Below are positions 51,071-62,800 of a stretch of 64,000 nucleotides of DNA, in pieces. Source of the stretch: Spirochaetota bacterium. GTDB taxonomy: Bacteria; Spirochaetota; UBA4802; JAFGDQ01. The stretch's first letter is position 1. Every line of letters begins with the position of its first letter. The translations under genes and the position numbers were made by a program. The DNA lies in NCBI GenBank assembly GCA_043803405.1, contig JAZDKB010000004.1, positions 155,617-219,616 on the forward strand. Direction: 5' to 3'. The notes beneath the pieces are model-generated. The model worked only from the letters and a program-made list of their open reading frames with translations, ran no database searches and was not told where the DNA came from.

Positions 51071-52189
51071 ATGCCAGGTAATCAACCTATGAGAAGACAA
51101 ACAGAGCATGTTAAACAATTAAAGAAAATGTATTCTAAAGAAGATGGAAGGTTAAAGGGAGAAGGTTATTGGGAAAAACTCCCATTATTCTGGTTTATCT
51201 TGTTTTTATCATATAAATGCACCAGAAGGTGTGAATATTGTTATGCTTTTAACCAGGTAGGCGATAAAAATAAGAATGAAATGGATGAAAATACTTTTTC
51301 AAGATTACTGGACTGGATTCCTGAAGTCTGGAAACTTAATAATGTTAAAGTAAATTCTATTATTTTTCTCGGCGGCGAACCATTGCTTCGGACGGACAGA
51401 ATTAAAAAAATTATGGATTCTGTTTATAAAAAAACCGACGGCATGCAGGGACTATGTTATACAAACGGCGATTTAATTGATTCTGTAAAATGGGAAGATC
51501 TTGAAGATATTCAATGGATGTCCATGAACATCACGGATATCAGTATTGAAGAATTAGCCAGAAGGATGAACGTAATAAAAGAAAGATCAAATGTTATCGG
51601 TCAGACGATTGTTGCTACCTTGGATGATTATAATTTAAATAGAATTCTTGATGTAAGCAGATTCGGAATTGAAAACGGATACCGGTTAAGATACCAAAAG
51701 AATTTATATAAAGGAATAGATGCGGAATTCCAGAAGAAAGTGTTGAAAAAATATCATGAATTGTGCGATTTACTGGAAGAATATATTATAAAAGGATACA
51801 ATGTCCATACTACTTTTCTGATCGATACTTTAATATCCGGGTGGGATGTTGATGATACCCCATATATCTGCGGTAGACGACTTGCAACGATATTCCCGGA
51901 TGGATCAGTGGGTCCGTGCATCAGGGATCATGCATTTAAAACCGGGACAATATTTGACCCGGATCCTTTGACTCTAATCCAATGTAATAAGTTTCATTAC
52001 GGTCTTGGAGAACCGGATATACCTGATGAATGCAGAGTATGCGAAGTCAGGGCTGCCTGCCAGGGAGGATGTCCGCATGACAAACTTCTAATGACCGGCT
52101 CCAGATCGGGAAAATCTGTTTCGTGTGAATTGCACAAGGAAATAATCCCCAGATTAAGATATCTGGATAAATTAAAAAGTAAAAAATGA
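51071..52189 (+). CDS. Radical SAM/SPASM domain protein (start uncertain)
   Basis: CTRRCEYC, LGGEPLL, TNG; SPASM motifs CGRR..PDGSVGPC and CRVC..CQGGCP..C. Confidence 0.9.
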   Translation: MPGNQPMRRQTEHVKQLKKMYSKEDGRLKGEGYWEKLPLFWFILFLSYKCTRRCEYCYAFNQVGDKNKNEMDENTFSRLLDWIPEVWKLNNVKVNSIIFLGGEPLLRTDRIKKIMDSVYKKTDGMQGLCYTNGDLIDSVKWEDLEDIQWMSMNITDISIEELARRMNVIKERSNVIGQTIVATLDDYNLNRILDVSRFGIENGYRLRYQKNLYKGIDAEFQKKVLKKYHELCDLLEEYIIKGYNVHTTFLIDTLISGWDVDDTPYICGRRLATIFPDGSVGPCIRDHAFKTGTIFDPDPLTLIQCNKFHYGLGEPDIPDECRVCEVRAACQGGCPHDKLLMTGSRSGKSVSCELHKEIIPRLRYLDKLKSKK

Positions 52190-52338
52190 TAGTCAATTTT
52201 ATTTAAAAAATTGCACATTGATCCAGGCTTTAGCTTTTCATTCTGCTATTTTTTAAGGAATTATTATAAAAGTACATATTGTTCTGTGACTGTCATTTAA
52301 ATCCTGGTTTATTTTTATTTCAACGCCTTGAAACATAA

Positions 52339-52404
52339 TACCCCGCTGACGCCGAAGGCGGAAGCCGGTGCGAAAGCACCGGGGGCTTGCCCGGGGAATT
52401 TTAT
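52339..52404. repeat. GC-rich nested palindrome related to 24252-24338
   Basis: TACCCCG...GGCTTGCCCGGGGAATTTTAT enclosing the hairpins CGCC-GAA-GGCG and CCGGTGC-GAAA-GCACCGG. Confidence 0.6.
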
Positions 52405-52758
52405 AATTTATTGATTTTTTTAAAAAAGTTCCCAATAAAGTTATTAAAAATGCAAAAATACTATTGACTTTTAACCGGACTGAAATGAAATGTTTATAAT
52501 TATAATTGGCTTCTCATTCGACTGAAAAAAATTTAATAAGAACACGGCTTTTAGTTTCAAAGCCGTTACAGGATAAACTGTAAAAGCTTTTAAAAATGAT
52601 AATTTATACAAAAAAACAAGTTTTGGCAGCCTAAAATGAATAGAAGCTATTAGTGATTTTTTTATATAATTATAAAAAATGCCGGTACAATTAACTAATA
52701 TTTTTATCAATTGATATTAATATTATTATCTGATTTATATTATTTTCAGGAGAGTAAA

Positions 52759-55452
52759 ATGAGTAATACGTTTATCTTAAACGGGAAAGAGACTCCGTTT
52801 ACACCCGGACAGATGGTTCTGGATGCTGCCCGCAACGGCGGAATCGAAATTCCTACATTATGTTATTTGAAAGACGCTACGCCTACCGGGGCTTGCAGGG
52901 TTTGTCTGGTCGAGGTTAAAGGCGCGCGTTCTTTAATGGCAGCCTGTTCCACTCCGGTAACATCCGGAATGGAAGTAAGTACTGACAGTGGTCTTGTTCA
53001 TAGAGCCAGAAAAATGAACATAGAACTGTTGCTTGCCAGCGGTAAGCATAATTGCCTTGTTTGCGAAGCAAACGGCGATTGCCGTCTTCAGAGTTTAGCT
53101 TATTTTTATAAGATTGAAACTCCAAGATTTACCGCAACCGAAGAATTTTATCCTACAGAGGATGTGAATCCTTTTATTGTCCGCGATTTCAGCCGCTGCA
53201 TTCTTTGCGGACGCTGTGTTCAGGCTTGTAATGAGCTTGTCGTTAACCGTGCGATTTCACAGGGTTATCGAGGTTCCGAAAGTAAAATTGTTACTGGAGG
53301 CGACCAGCCGTACAATAACAGCGAATGTGTTTTCTGCGGCCAGTGCGTTGAAGTTTGTCCCGTAGGAGCACTGACAGAAAAGAAAGCCAAAGGATTGGGA
53401 CGTCCGTGGGAAGTGCAGAAAATACGTACGACTTGTCCTTATTGCGGCGTCGGCTGTCAACAGTTGATGCATGTTAAGGATGGTAAAATTGTTAAAGTTA
53501 CAGCTGTCGAAGACGCCGAGCCTAATCAAGGCAGATTATGCGTAAAAGGCCGTTTCGCATACGACTTTATTTATTCAGAAGAAAGACTTAAAACACCATT
53601 AATCCGCCAGAAAAACGGAGAATTCAAGGAAGCATCCTGGGATGAGGCTCTCGATCTGGTGGCCAATAAATTTAAAGAGATTATTAAAAAAGACGGGCCG
53701 GATGCCATTGCAGGCGTCAGTTGCGCCCGTAGTATCAACGAAGATTCATACCAAATGCAGAAACTTTTCCGCGCGGCGATCGGGACGAATAACATCGATC
53801 ACTGCGCCCGTACCTGACACGCTCCAACAGTCGCCGGTCTGGCGACTTCGTTCGGTTCAGGTGCAATGACAAATTCTTTTGCAGATTTTAAAAAAGCTAA
53901 AATGATCTTATGCATCGGAACAAACATGACTGAAGCCCATCCCGTAGCAGCAACGTTTGTAAAAGACGCTGTGTTGGCTGGCTCCGAGTTAATTGTTGTA
54001 GATCCGAGACGCACTGAGCTTGTCGATTTTGCAAAAATGCATGTGCAAATTAAAGTCGGCTCTGACGTAGCACTGATTAACGGTGTTATGAACGTATTAA
54101 TTAATGAAAATCTTTACGATAAAAAATATGTAGACTCGTGTACTGTAGGTTTTGAGGAACTTAAAAAGAAAGCGATGGAGTATCCGCCAGAGCGTGCTGC
54201 AGAGATTGCCGGCGTTTCTGCAGATACAATCCGCAATTTAGCGCGTAAGCTTGCTTCCGTTAAACCTGCAATGCTGATGTATACTCTGGGTATTACCGAG
54301 CATATTTGCGGCGTAAACAACGTAATGTCATGCGCAAATCTCCAGATGCTTCTGGGTAACGTAGGTTTTGAGTGCGGCGGAGTTAATCCTCTGCGCGGAC
54401 AGAACAATGTTCAGGGCGCATGTGATATGGGCGCGCTTCCGAATGTTTTCCCGGGATATCAACGCGTAGATAACGCACAGGCCCGCGAAAAATTCATGAA
54501 AGCATGGAATGTAAAGAGTCTGCCCGAAAAGCCAGGTATGATGATGCCCACAATGATGAAAAACCTGACTACAGGCAAAATTAAAGCATTTTATGTATTC
54601 GGCGAGAACCTGGCCAATACTGAGCCGGATATCCATCATGTTGAAAAAGAACTGCAGTCAGCTGAATTCCTCGTATGTCAGGATATTTTTCCGACAGAAA
54701 CTACAAAATTCGCGCATGTTATTTTCCCAACTACGGCATGGGGTGAACATGATGGAACGTTTACAAGTTCAGAAAGAAGAGTCAATCGTGTAAGGGTAGC
54801 CAGTAAAGCTCCGGGCTTAGCTAAACCCAGCTGGTGGGTATTCAAGGAAATTGCCAAACGTATGGGGCATGATTGGCAATCCAACAGCGCACAGGAACTC
54901 TGGGATAATGAACTATCTGTGCTTGCACCCTCTATGGCTGGCATTAAGTTTTCCAGACTGGAAAATAACGGAATACAATGGCCGGCACCAACTGCAGACC
55001 ATCCGGGTACTCCTACAATGCATAAGGATGGCTGTTTTACCTGTGGACAGGGAGTGCTAAAAGCCATTGACTATATACCGCCTGCGGAAGTTCCGGATAA
55101 GGAATATCCGATGACACTTTCAACAGGACGCCGTCTGTATCATTATCACACAAGAACGCAGACAGGTCGATGCGAGGGTATCAATGATATTCTTGGCGAG
55201 GAAACAGCGGATATTTCACCGGCAGATGCGCTTGAAAAAGGCATAAAAGATGGTGAAAAAATATCGGTTAAATCGCGCAGGGGCAAAGTTGAGGTTAAAG
55301 CCCGCGTGACCAAACAGGTTCCAAAAGGGCTGGTTTGGATGGCTTTCCATTTCAGGGAAAACTGTGCCAACTGGTTAACTAATCCTGCATACGATCCGGT
55401 AACCCAAACCGCAGAATATAAAGCCTGCGCAGTGCGCATTGATAAGCTTTAA
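52759..55452 (+). CDS. fdhF: Selenocysteine-containing cytoplasmic formate dehydrogenase alpha subunit (NuoG-like Fe-S N-terminus, Mo/W-bis-PGD); Sec at 53815-53817
   Basis: ORFs 52711-53817 and 53866-55452 are in frame across TGA, reading DHCART-U-HAPTVAGL; CPYCGVGC and LRGQNNVQG motifs; no Tat signal. Confidence 0.95.
53829..53847 (+). promoter_or_regulatory. Putative bacterial SECIS hairpin of fdh
   Basis: AGTCGCC-GGTCT-GGCGACT stem-loop starting about 11 nt after the UGA. Confidence 0.8.
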
Positions 55453-55476
55453 TAGATTAGCTTTTTATAGTGAAAT

Positions 55477-55515
55477 AAAAAAAACATCCCGCCCAAAAGA
55501 CGGGATGTTTTTTTT
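55477..55515. terminator. Bidirectional Rho-independent terminator between fdh and moeA
   Basis: A8-CATCCCG-loop-CGGGATG-T8. Confidence 0.85.
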
Positions 55516-55619
55516 GCAGTCATCGTCAGAAATTTTACTTTTACTATAACTCGTCTCACAGACAGACAGTGCTTTACAAATTTGATAGAATTAATAAAAA
55601 TTAAAAATTCTGTTGCCTG

Positions 55620-56858
55620 TTAAATCTCATCATGCTCAATTAATTGAATAGCGACTTTTTCGCCTGCCTTAACTCCGGTAACATTTTCCGGTATCATTAT
55701 TAGACAATTAGCATCGCTCATTGAACGAAGTATGGAAGAATTCTGGTTGCCTGTTGTTGTAACGTAAAATTCGTTATTTTTAATGGTAAAATTGCCTCTT
55801 ATCAGGTTTGTCGCACCGGATAGCTTACTGATATCCTCTTCGAGAAATGCGCTCACTACAGGCTTCTCAATTTTTTTTGCACCCATCATTTTAAGCAACG
55901 CGGGTCTCACAAATTGAATAAATGAAGTAAGAGTCGGAACAGGATTTCCGGGCAAACCGAAAATTAATTTATTATCTTTTGTCCCAAAGGTGCAAGGTTT
56001 GCCAGGTTTTATATTAATCTTTTCAAATTCTATTGAAATATTCAGATCGGTATAAATATCTTTAACAAAATCGTATTTTCCGGCCGATACACCGCCTGTA
56101 GATATCACTACATCGGATTCCAGTGCTTTTAAAAATATTTCCCTCATATCCTTCTTAATGTCTTTAACAATACCTAAATAATTGGGAATTGCGCTATACT
56201 TTTTTACTTCAGAGTATAAACTGTATGCGCTGCTGTTTCTGATCTGGCCGGCTTTGATTTCTTCGCCAATATCCGCCAACTCATCGCCTGTCGAGATTAT
56301 AGCGACAGTCGGCTGTTTATAAACTTTTATTTTTGCGCGGTTAAGCGACGCAAGGATGCCTATATTGGCAGTACTAAGGCGTTCTCCTTTGTACAGTACA
56401 CTATCTCCTGTTTTAAGACTCACTCCGGCAAACCTGTAATTCCTGAATTTAGCTGTTTCGCTGAAAATTTTTACAAATCCGGCTGTTTCTTCCGTTTCTT
56501 CGAACTGAATTACTGCATCGGCACCTTCCGGTATAGGAGCGCCGGTCATTATTCTTATTGCAGTTCCTTTTAAAACTTTTTTCCCGGCCAGGGAACCGCC
56601 TGCCTGTACTTCGCCGGTAATTTGAAGCTTTATCGGGTTTTCCTTTGATGCGCCAAGCGTGTCTTCGGAAATTATCGCATATCCGTCCATTGCGGAATCA
56701 TCTAAAGGGGGAATCATTATATCCGAAACAATGTCCTCATATAAAACACGGTTAAATGCCTCCATTATGGAAATGTCTTCATAATTCAGAGGCCGGACTG
56801 AATTTAAAATAATATTTTGCGCTTCTTTATAGGATACTGTTAATTTTTTATTATTCAT
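55620..56858 (-). CDS. moeA: Molybdopterin molybdo/tungstotransferase MoeA
   Basis: SAMDGYA, IMTGAPIP, STGDEL, TGGVS, KPGKP, LPGNP. Confidence 0.95.
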   Translation of the reverse strand: MNNKKLTVSYKEAQNIILNSVRPLNYEDISIMEAFNRVLYEDIVSDIMIPPLDDSAMDGYAIISEDTLGASKENPIKLQITGEVQAGGSLAGKKVLKGTAIRIMTGAPIPEGADAVIQFEETEETAGFVKIFSETAKFRNYRFAGVSLKTGDSVLYKGERLSTANIGILASLNRAKIKVYKQPTVAIISTGDELADIGEEIKAGQIRNSSAYSLYSEVKKYSAIPNYLGIVKDIKKDMREIFLKALESDVVISTGGVSAGKYDFVKDIYTDLNISIEFEKINIKPGKPCTFGTKDNKLIFGLPGNPVPTLTSFIQFVRPALLKMMGAKKIEKPVVSAFLEEDISKLSGATNLIRGNFTIKNNEFYVTTTGNQNSSILRSMSDANCLIMIPENVTGVKAGEKVAIQLIEHDEI

Positions 56859-57159
56859 AGGAAAAAAATATTAAATTTAGGTTGATAATAATTTAGAATC
56901 ATTATAAATTTAAACTGAGAACAGTCAATATAAATTATTATTTTTTTATCTTTAATTGTTAAATAAAAAGATGTAGTTTTCCTGCCGTAGTTCAGGGAAA
57001 AATCACCTTCCTTTGTTTAATGAGTATCATCAAAAAAGAAAAAAATACTTGATTTACCAATGACTTTTTTTTAATCTGGTTAAAAAATGATTATTAAGTT
57101 GTCTTCGATGTTTAAAAACAATTTTAATAATATTTCGGAGATATTTAGAGGAGTTAATC

Positions 57160-59154
57160 ATGAGATACGCCGAGACAGGATATAATTTAGAGATTGATCT
57201 GGCGACAGGTAATATTGAAAAGGTCGAATCTGACCCTAAAGTACTTGAAACCTATCTTGGAGGACTAGGTTCCAGCGTAAAGATACATTGGGACAGGACT
57301 CCGCCGGAAGTAAAAGCGTTTGATCCTGAAAATCTGCTGATTTTCAGCGCCCCGCTTTTAGTAGGTACCCCTGCCATGAGTTGTAACCGTACATGCGTTA
57401 CCACAATATCACCTCAAACAAATTTACTAGCATATCCGATGATGGGGGGATTTTGGGCAGCTGAGCTCAAATATGCCGGATATGACAAAGTAATCATGCG
57501 CAACAAAGCACCGCACTTGTCATATATATATATAAATAATGATAAAGTTGAAATACGCGATGCCAGACATTTAAAGGGCAAAGGCGCTGTTGAAACACGT
57601 GAACTTATTAAAGATGAGTTAAACGATCCGAATGTAGTGGTTGCTGCAATCGGTATGGCCGGTGAAAACCGGGTTTTTCTGGCTTCCATTGAGCAGGGCC
57701 GTTCCAGTGCCAGCAGGCTCGGAGGCGGAGCGGTTATGGGGGATAAGAATGTAAAGGCTATAGCGGTTCGCGGAACAAAAGACCTTAACCTGGCACGCGG
57801 TGCAGAGTTTATGGAGGTCATGAAGGGCGTAATAGATTACATAAATTACAGGAATGCAAATCCTATTCCGGATGTAATGACCATTTTAGCAGGCATCGGC
57901 TCTCCGCAGGAAATGGTTCACACGGATGAGAGCTGGCACACTCAGAACTTTATGTGGGGCAACTCCCGTACAAGAAGAAGAGATTTCTGGGATGAAAAAG
58001 TTGCTGTAGAATGGCCGTCTACCCAGTTAGAAGCTATAAAACGATTAATCAGCTGTTATAATTGTCCGCAGCATTGCGGGGCATTGATTTCCTATAAAGA
58101 TGTTCCTAGATTCAAACAAAAATGTTTCACAAAAATGACTTATTCAATGGCGGCTTATGTTGATACCATGGCATTCAATTTCAGGGTTGCGCAAAAGGCC
58201 ACTGAGTATGGATTAGACGGATTCGGAACCCCGCAAATCCTGGCATTTGCTATTGAGCTTAAAGAAGCAGGCATTTTAACTGATGCAGACTTTGTAGGCG
58301 GCGAGAATTATCCGCCATGTCCGCCCGATAGTGATAAAGAAGGAAGATTTGAGTGGCTGCTTGACAGAATGGTTCGTCGTCAAGGAATCGGCGATTATAT
58401 GGCCGATGGTCTTTACTGGATGGCAAAGAGGATCGGCAAAGGCGCAGAAGATATTGAACACAATACAATTAAGAAACACGAGCAGCTTCCTCTTAAACTC
58501 GGGACTCTTGATCCTATTTATTTCCTTATGTATACCACAAATGAGAAGATAAGTATTACACAGATTGAAGGTAACTGGCCTCAGGCAGCATTCCCGACAA
58601 TGGAGCAGAGACTAAACTTTGTTAAGGATTGGCCGCAGCTTCCGGATGATCATTTTAAGCAGTATTTGCTGGATTGGGAACCGCGCGGAGAAAAAGCTAT
58701 TCCATATTTCCCGACTCCCCAGATGTGCGCTGAAATTGTTGACTGGATGGAAATGCTGCACAACATTGATGATGCTACCGGATACTGTTGCGGTATGTCG
58801 TCATTCTGCCTTAAGCCTCCGTATCACATACATGTTCACCCGAAGTTGATCTCTGCTGCTACAGGAATGGATTTAGATGAAGCCGGTCTTAAAAAGATAG
58901 TAAATAGAAGCAGAAATTTACACAGGGCATTCAACTTAAAGAGAGGCTTGGTAAGAGCTGATGAGGCTCCGCCCAAGGACCACTGGAAGAAGAGATTCCC
59001 TGAACTGGAAAAAGAACTGTTGGATACATATTACAAATACAAGGGATGGAATATGGACGGTGTTCCAACTAAAGAAAGATTCCATGAACTTGATCTGGAT
59101 TTCGCTGCAGAAGATTTAATAAAGAGGGGGATATTAAAAGATGGCCAAAATTAA
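57160..59154 (+). CDS. bamB: Tungsten-pterin AOR-family catalytic subunit of class II benzoyl-CoA reductase (BamB-like)
   Basis: MRYAETGY start, GSPQEM..DE.WH, ISCYNCP..C, KCF, TQIEG, KPPYHIH, HWK.RFPELEKELLD match recalled Geobacter BamB rather than generic AOR. Confidence 0.88.
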   Translation: MRYAETGYNLEIDLATGNIEKVESDPKVLETYLGGLGSSVKIHWDRTPPEVKAFDPENLLIFSAPLLVGTPAMSCNRTCVTTISPQTNLLAYPMMGGFWAAELKYAGYDKVIMRNKAPHLSYIYINNDKVEIRDARHLKGKGAVETRELIKDELNDPNVVVAAIGMAGENRVFLASIEQGRSSASRLGGGAVMGDKNVKAIAVRGTKDLNLARGAEFMEVMKGVIDYINYRNANPIPDVMTILAGIGSPQEMVHTDESWHTQNFMWGNSRTRRRDFWDEKVAVEWPSTQLEAIKRLISCYNCPQHCGALISYKDVPRFKQKCFTKMTYSMAAYVDTMAFNFRVAQKATEYGLDGFGTPQILAFAIELKEAGILTDADFVGGENYPPCPPDSDKEGRFEWLLDRMVRRQGIGDYMADGLYWMAKRIGKGAEDIEHNTIKKHEQLPLKLGTLDPIYFLMYTTNEKISITQIEGNWPQAAFPTMEQRLNFVKDWPQLPDDHFKQYLLDWEPRGEKAIPYFPTPQMCAEIVDWMEMLHNIDDATGYCCGMSSFCLKPPYHIHVHPKLISAATGMDLDEAGLKKIVNRSRNLHRAFNLKRGLVRADEAPPKDHWKKRFPELEKELLDTYYKYKGWNMDGVPTKERFHELDLDFAAEDLIKRGILKDGQN

Positions 59155-59680
59155 GAAAAAAGTTAAGTCTATAAAGGTTGATGCGGATAAGTGCAGCGGC
59201 TGCAGGTCATGCGAAGTAATCTGCTCCGCGTTCCATGCTATACCGAGATACAGCAGTGTTAATCCTGCAAGATCCCGCGTACAGGTTGTACGTTATCCGA
59301 TGAAAGATATTTGGATCCCGGTGTTTGCCGGCGAGTATGCTCCCGCCGAATGCATGGGAAGAGAGATATATACTATTGATAAAAAGGAATATAAGGAGTG
59401 CGATCTTTGCAGAGCCGCATGCCCGGCAAGGGACAGATTCAAAGAGCCCGATTCCGGACTTCCGTTAAGATGCGATATGTGTGAGGATGAGCCGCCGCTG
59501 GAAAAACCGAAGTGTGTTGAATGGTGCCTGTATGACGTACTGGAATATTCGGAAAGAGAAGAAGAAGTTGAAGAATCGGTTGAGATGGAGAAGGTTGAGG
59601 CAGGATTGACGGCGATGGTAAACCAGTATGGCTTGCAGTCGGTAATTGATACTGTTAGTAGAATCTCAAAGAAGGATTAA
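59141..59680 (+). CDS. bamC: Fe-S electron-transfer subunit BamC-like
   Basis: CSGCRSCEVIC, AGEY.PAEC.GR, CRAACP.R..FKEPDSGLPL.CDMC; overlaps the bamB stop. Confidence 0.85.
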   Translation: MAKIKKKVKSIKVDADKCSGCRSCEVICSAFHAIPRYSSVNPARSRVQVVRYPMKDIWIPVFAGEYAPAECMGREIYTIDKKEYKECDLCRAACPARDRFKEPDSGLPLRCDMCEDEPPLEKPKCVEWCLYDVLEYSEREEEVEESVEMEKVEAGLTAMVNQYGLQSVIDTVSRISKKD

Positions 59681-59845
59681 AACGTTAAGATGTAATTAAG
59701 AGGATTTGGTAACACAATAATTTACTGAAAATTTTTAATGTTTACTAAATTATCAGGTAATATTTCTTTGTTATTATCATCAACTATATAAGGTTCCTGC
59801 AATTGTAAGATCACGGAACTAAAAAAATTAATGAGGTGATAGAAA

Positions 59846-62800
59846 GTGGAAAACGTTGTATCATTAACAGAAAATATTGAGCAACTTTCCAAAAGTTTTG
59901 GAGAAAGTAATTTTGGAGATGTAATGGTTGTTGGCGGAGGGATTAGCGGTATTCAGGCTTCTCTTGATCTTGCCACTGCCGGCTTTAAAGTCTACATGGT
60001 AGAAAAATTGCCGAGCATTGGTGGGCACATGGCGCAGCTTGATAAGACCTTTCCCACCAATGACTGTTCTATGTGAATACTTGCACCCAAGCTGGTCGAG
60101 GTCGGCCGGCACCCAAATATAGAAGTACTCACTTTTACAGATGTAAAAAGTGTCGAAGGCGAAGCAGGAAATTTTGATGTAACCCTGATTAAAAGGCCCA
60201 GATATATTATTGAAGATAAATGTACGGGTTGTACCACTTGTGTGGAATACTGCCCTGCGAAATACCCTGATCAATATAATCAGGATATTTCAATGAATAA
60301 AGCGGTTCATATATACTTCCCTCAGGCAATTCCTCTTATTGCATACATAGATGAGAGCTGTCTTTATCTTAAAGAGAAGAAATGCCAGATTTGTGTAGGT
60401 GTATGTAAGAATGATGCTATTGATTTAAAACAAGCGCCGGAAAAAATAGAAATAAACGTAGGTGCTATTATTTTATCATCAGGTGTTGACCCGTATGATC
60501 CAAAACTAAAAGCGGAGTATCATTATGGGGACTATCAGAATGTTGTAACCAGTATGGACTTCGAGCGTCTTTTAGGATCTACAGGCCCATATTCCGGTGA
60601 GATATTGCGCGCATCCGATAAGAAGCATCCGCATAAAATGGCATGGATTCAATGCATTGGATCGAGAAATGCTACAGAAGATTCTCACAGTTATTGTTCA
60701 GCAGTATGCTGTACTTATACCCAGAAGCAGGTGATCTTGGCAAAAGATCATGATGCTGATGCTAAATGTGTGATTTTTCATAATGATGTTAGGGCATACG
60801 GAAAAGATTTTGAACGCTTTTACCAGAGAACAGAAGCTCTTTCAGATGTCCGGTTTATAAGAAGCTATGTTACAATCGGGAAGGAAGATCCCGTAACTAA
60901 GAATGTAACCATAAAATATTTCACTCCGGAGGGCGGAGTAAAAGAAGAAGAATTTGATATGGTTGTATTATCAGTTGGTTTGACTCCTCCTCTTTCAGTA
61001 AAGGAAATTGCAAAAACATTCGATATCGATCTGAATGATCACAATTTTTGTAAACTGAACCCGGCTAATCCTATGACAACGAGCAGGCCGGGTATATTTG
61101 TTAGCGGTGGCTTGCAGGGTCTTGTAGATATTCCTGAATCGGTTTTTAGCGCAAGCGGCGCTGGATCGCAAATCGGTGAGCTTTTGGATTACAGGCGTGG
61201 AAATCTTTCGAAAGAGAGGATTTACCCGGAAGAAAAGGATGTATCTAAAGAGGAACCTAGGATAGGAGTATTTGTGTGCCATTGCGGCGCAAATATCAGC
61301 AGAATTGTAAATGTTCCTGATACTGTTGAATATTGCAAAACATTACCTAATGTTGTTCATTGCCAGCAGCAGATATTTTCATGTGCTACAAACTCAGCCC
61401 AGGAAATAACGGATGTTACCAGAGAAAAAGGGCTTAACCGTGTTGTTATTGCTGCATGTTCCCCCAGAACGCTTGAACCGTTGTTCCGTGATACTGTCCG
61501 CGAAGCAGGGATAAATCAGTATTATATGGAAATGCCGAATATCAGAGAGCATAACTCGTGGGTACATCAGAAAGAAAAGGAAGAAGCAACACAGAAGGCT
61601 AAAGAAATAATCCGGATGTCGATAGCACGCGCCCGCAAGCTGGAGCCGTTAAAGGAATTCGACCTTAATGTAAATAAAGCGGCACTGGTAGTTGGTGGCG
61701 GTGTAGCGGGCATGACTTGTGCTTTATCAATAGCGAATCAGAAACACGATGTTTATTTAATTGAAAAGCAGAAAGCACTTGGTGGGATGACACGAAGAAT
61801 ACATTCTACTTTAGAAGGACTTGATGTTCAAAAATATTTAGATGATCTTATTAAGAAAGTATATCAACATCCTTTAATTCATGTTTATGAAAATGCGACT
61901 ATAGCAGAAGCGACAGGTTATGTTGGTAATTTTGTAACTACAATAAAATCTGACAGAGGTGTTACGGAGATTAAACATGGTGCTGCAGTTCTTGCAATAG
62001 GCGCTGATTTATATACCCCAACTGAATATCTATATGGGCAGGATGACAGAGTAATGACCCATATTGAGTTAGAAGGGAAAATAGCGGAAAAAGACGAAAA
62101 AATTATTAATGCAAATACATTGGTAATGATCCAATGTGTTGGCTGTAGAAATCAGGACAGAAATTACTGCAGCAGGGTATGTTGCAGTGAATCTGTAAAG
62201 AATGCCTTAAGTCTGAAAAAATTAAATCCAAAGATGGATATATATATCCTGTTCAGAGATGTGAGAACATACGGATTTAATGAAGATTATTACAGGGAAG
62301 CAAGAGGCAAGAATGTAAGATTTATACGTTATGAGACGGATGAGAATGATAAGCCCCTTGTTACTAAAATTAATGAGTACGGTAAGAATATTCTGAGGAT
62401 TACCGTAACGGATAAAACCTTAAATAAAAAGATAGCCATAGATGCTGATGCGCTTGCTCTGGCTGCAGCCATTGTTCCATCTGCTGTAACAAAGGAAATG
62501 GCCAGCTTATTCAAGGTTGTCCTTAGCCCGGATGGTTTCTTTAAAGAAGCACATGTCAAATTAAGGCCGGTTGAGTTTGCTGCTGACGGTGTTTATCTAT
62601 GCGGGTTAGCTCATTATCCTAAGTTCCTACAGGAAACAATTAACCAGTCTTATGGTGCTGCGGGCCGTGTGTTAACACTTCTTTCACATGATGTGGTTGT
62701 TGCTTCAGGTTCAGTTTGCTATGTGGATGAGAAAAAGTGTATGGGATGCGGGGCTTGTGTAGATGTTTGTACATATTCAGCACTGGAGCTTAATGATACA

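Noticed and set aside
15464..52189. Other genes ending in TGA (15466, 39435, 48533, 50849, 52189) as further selenoproteins
   Set aside because: The domains are complete at the TGA, and no conserved continuation or SECIS-like hairpin is evident.
57160..59154. Generic aldehyde:ferredoxin oxidoreductase
   Set aside because: BamB-specific sequence features and the bamC/hdrA/mvhD context point to class II aryl-CoA reductase.
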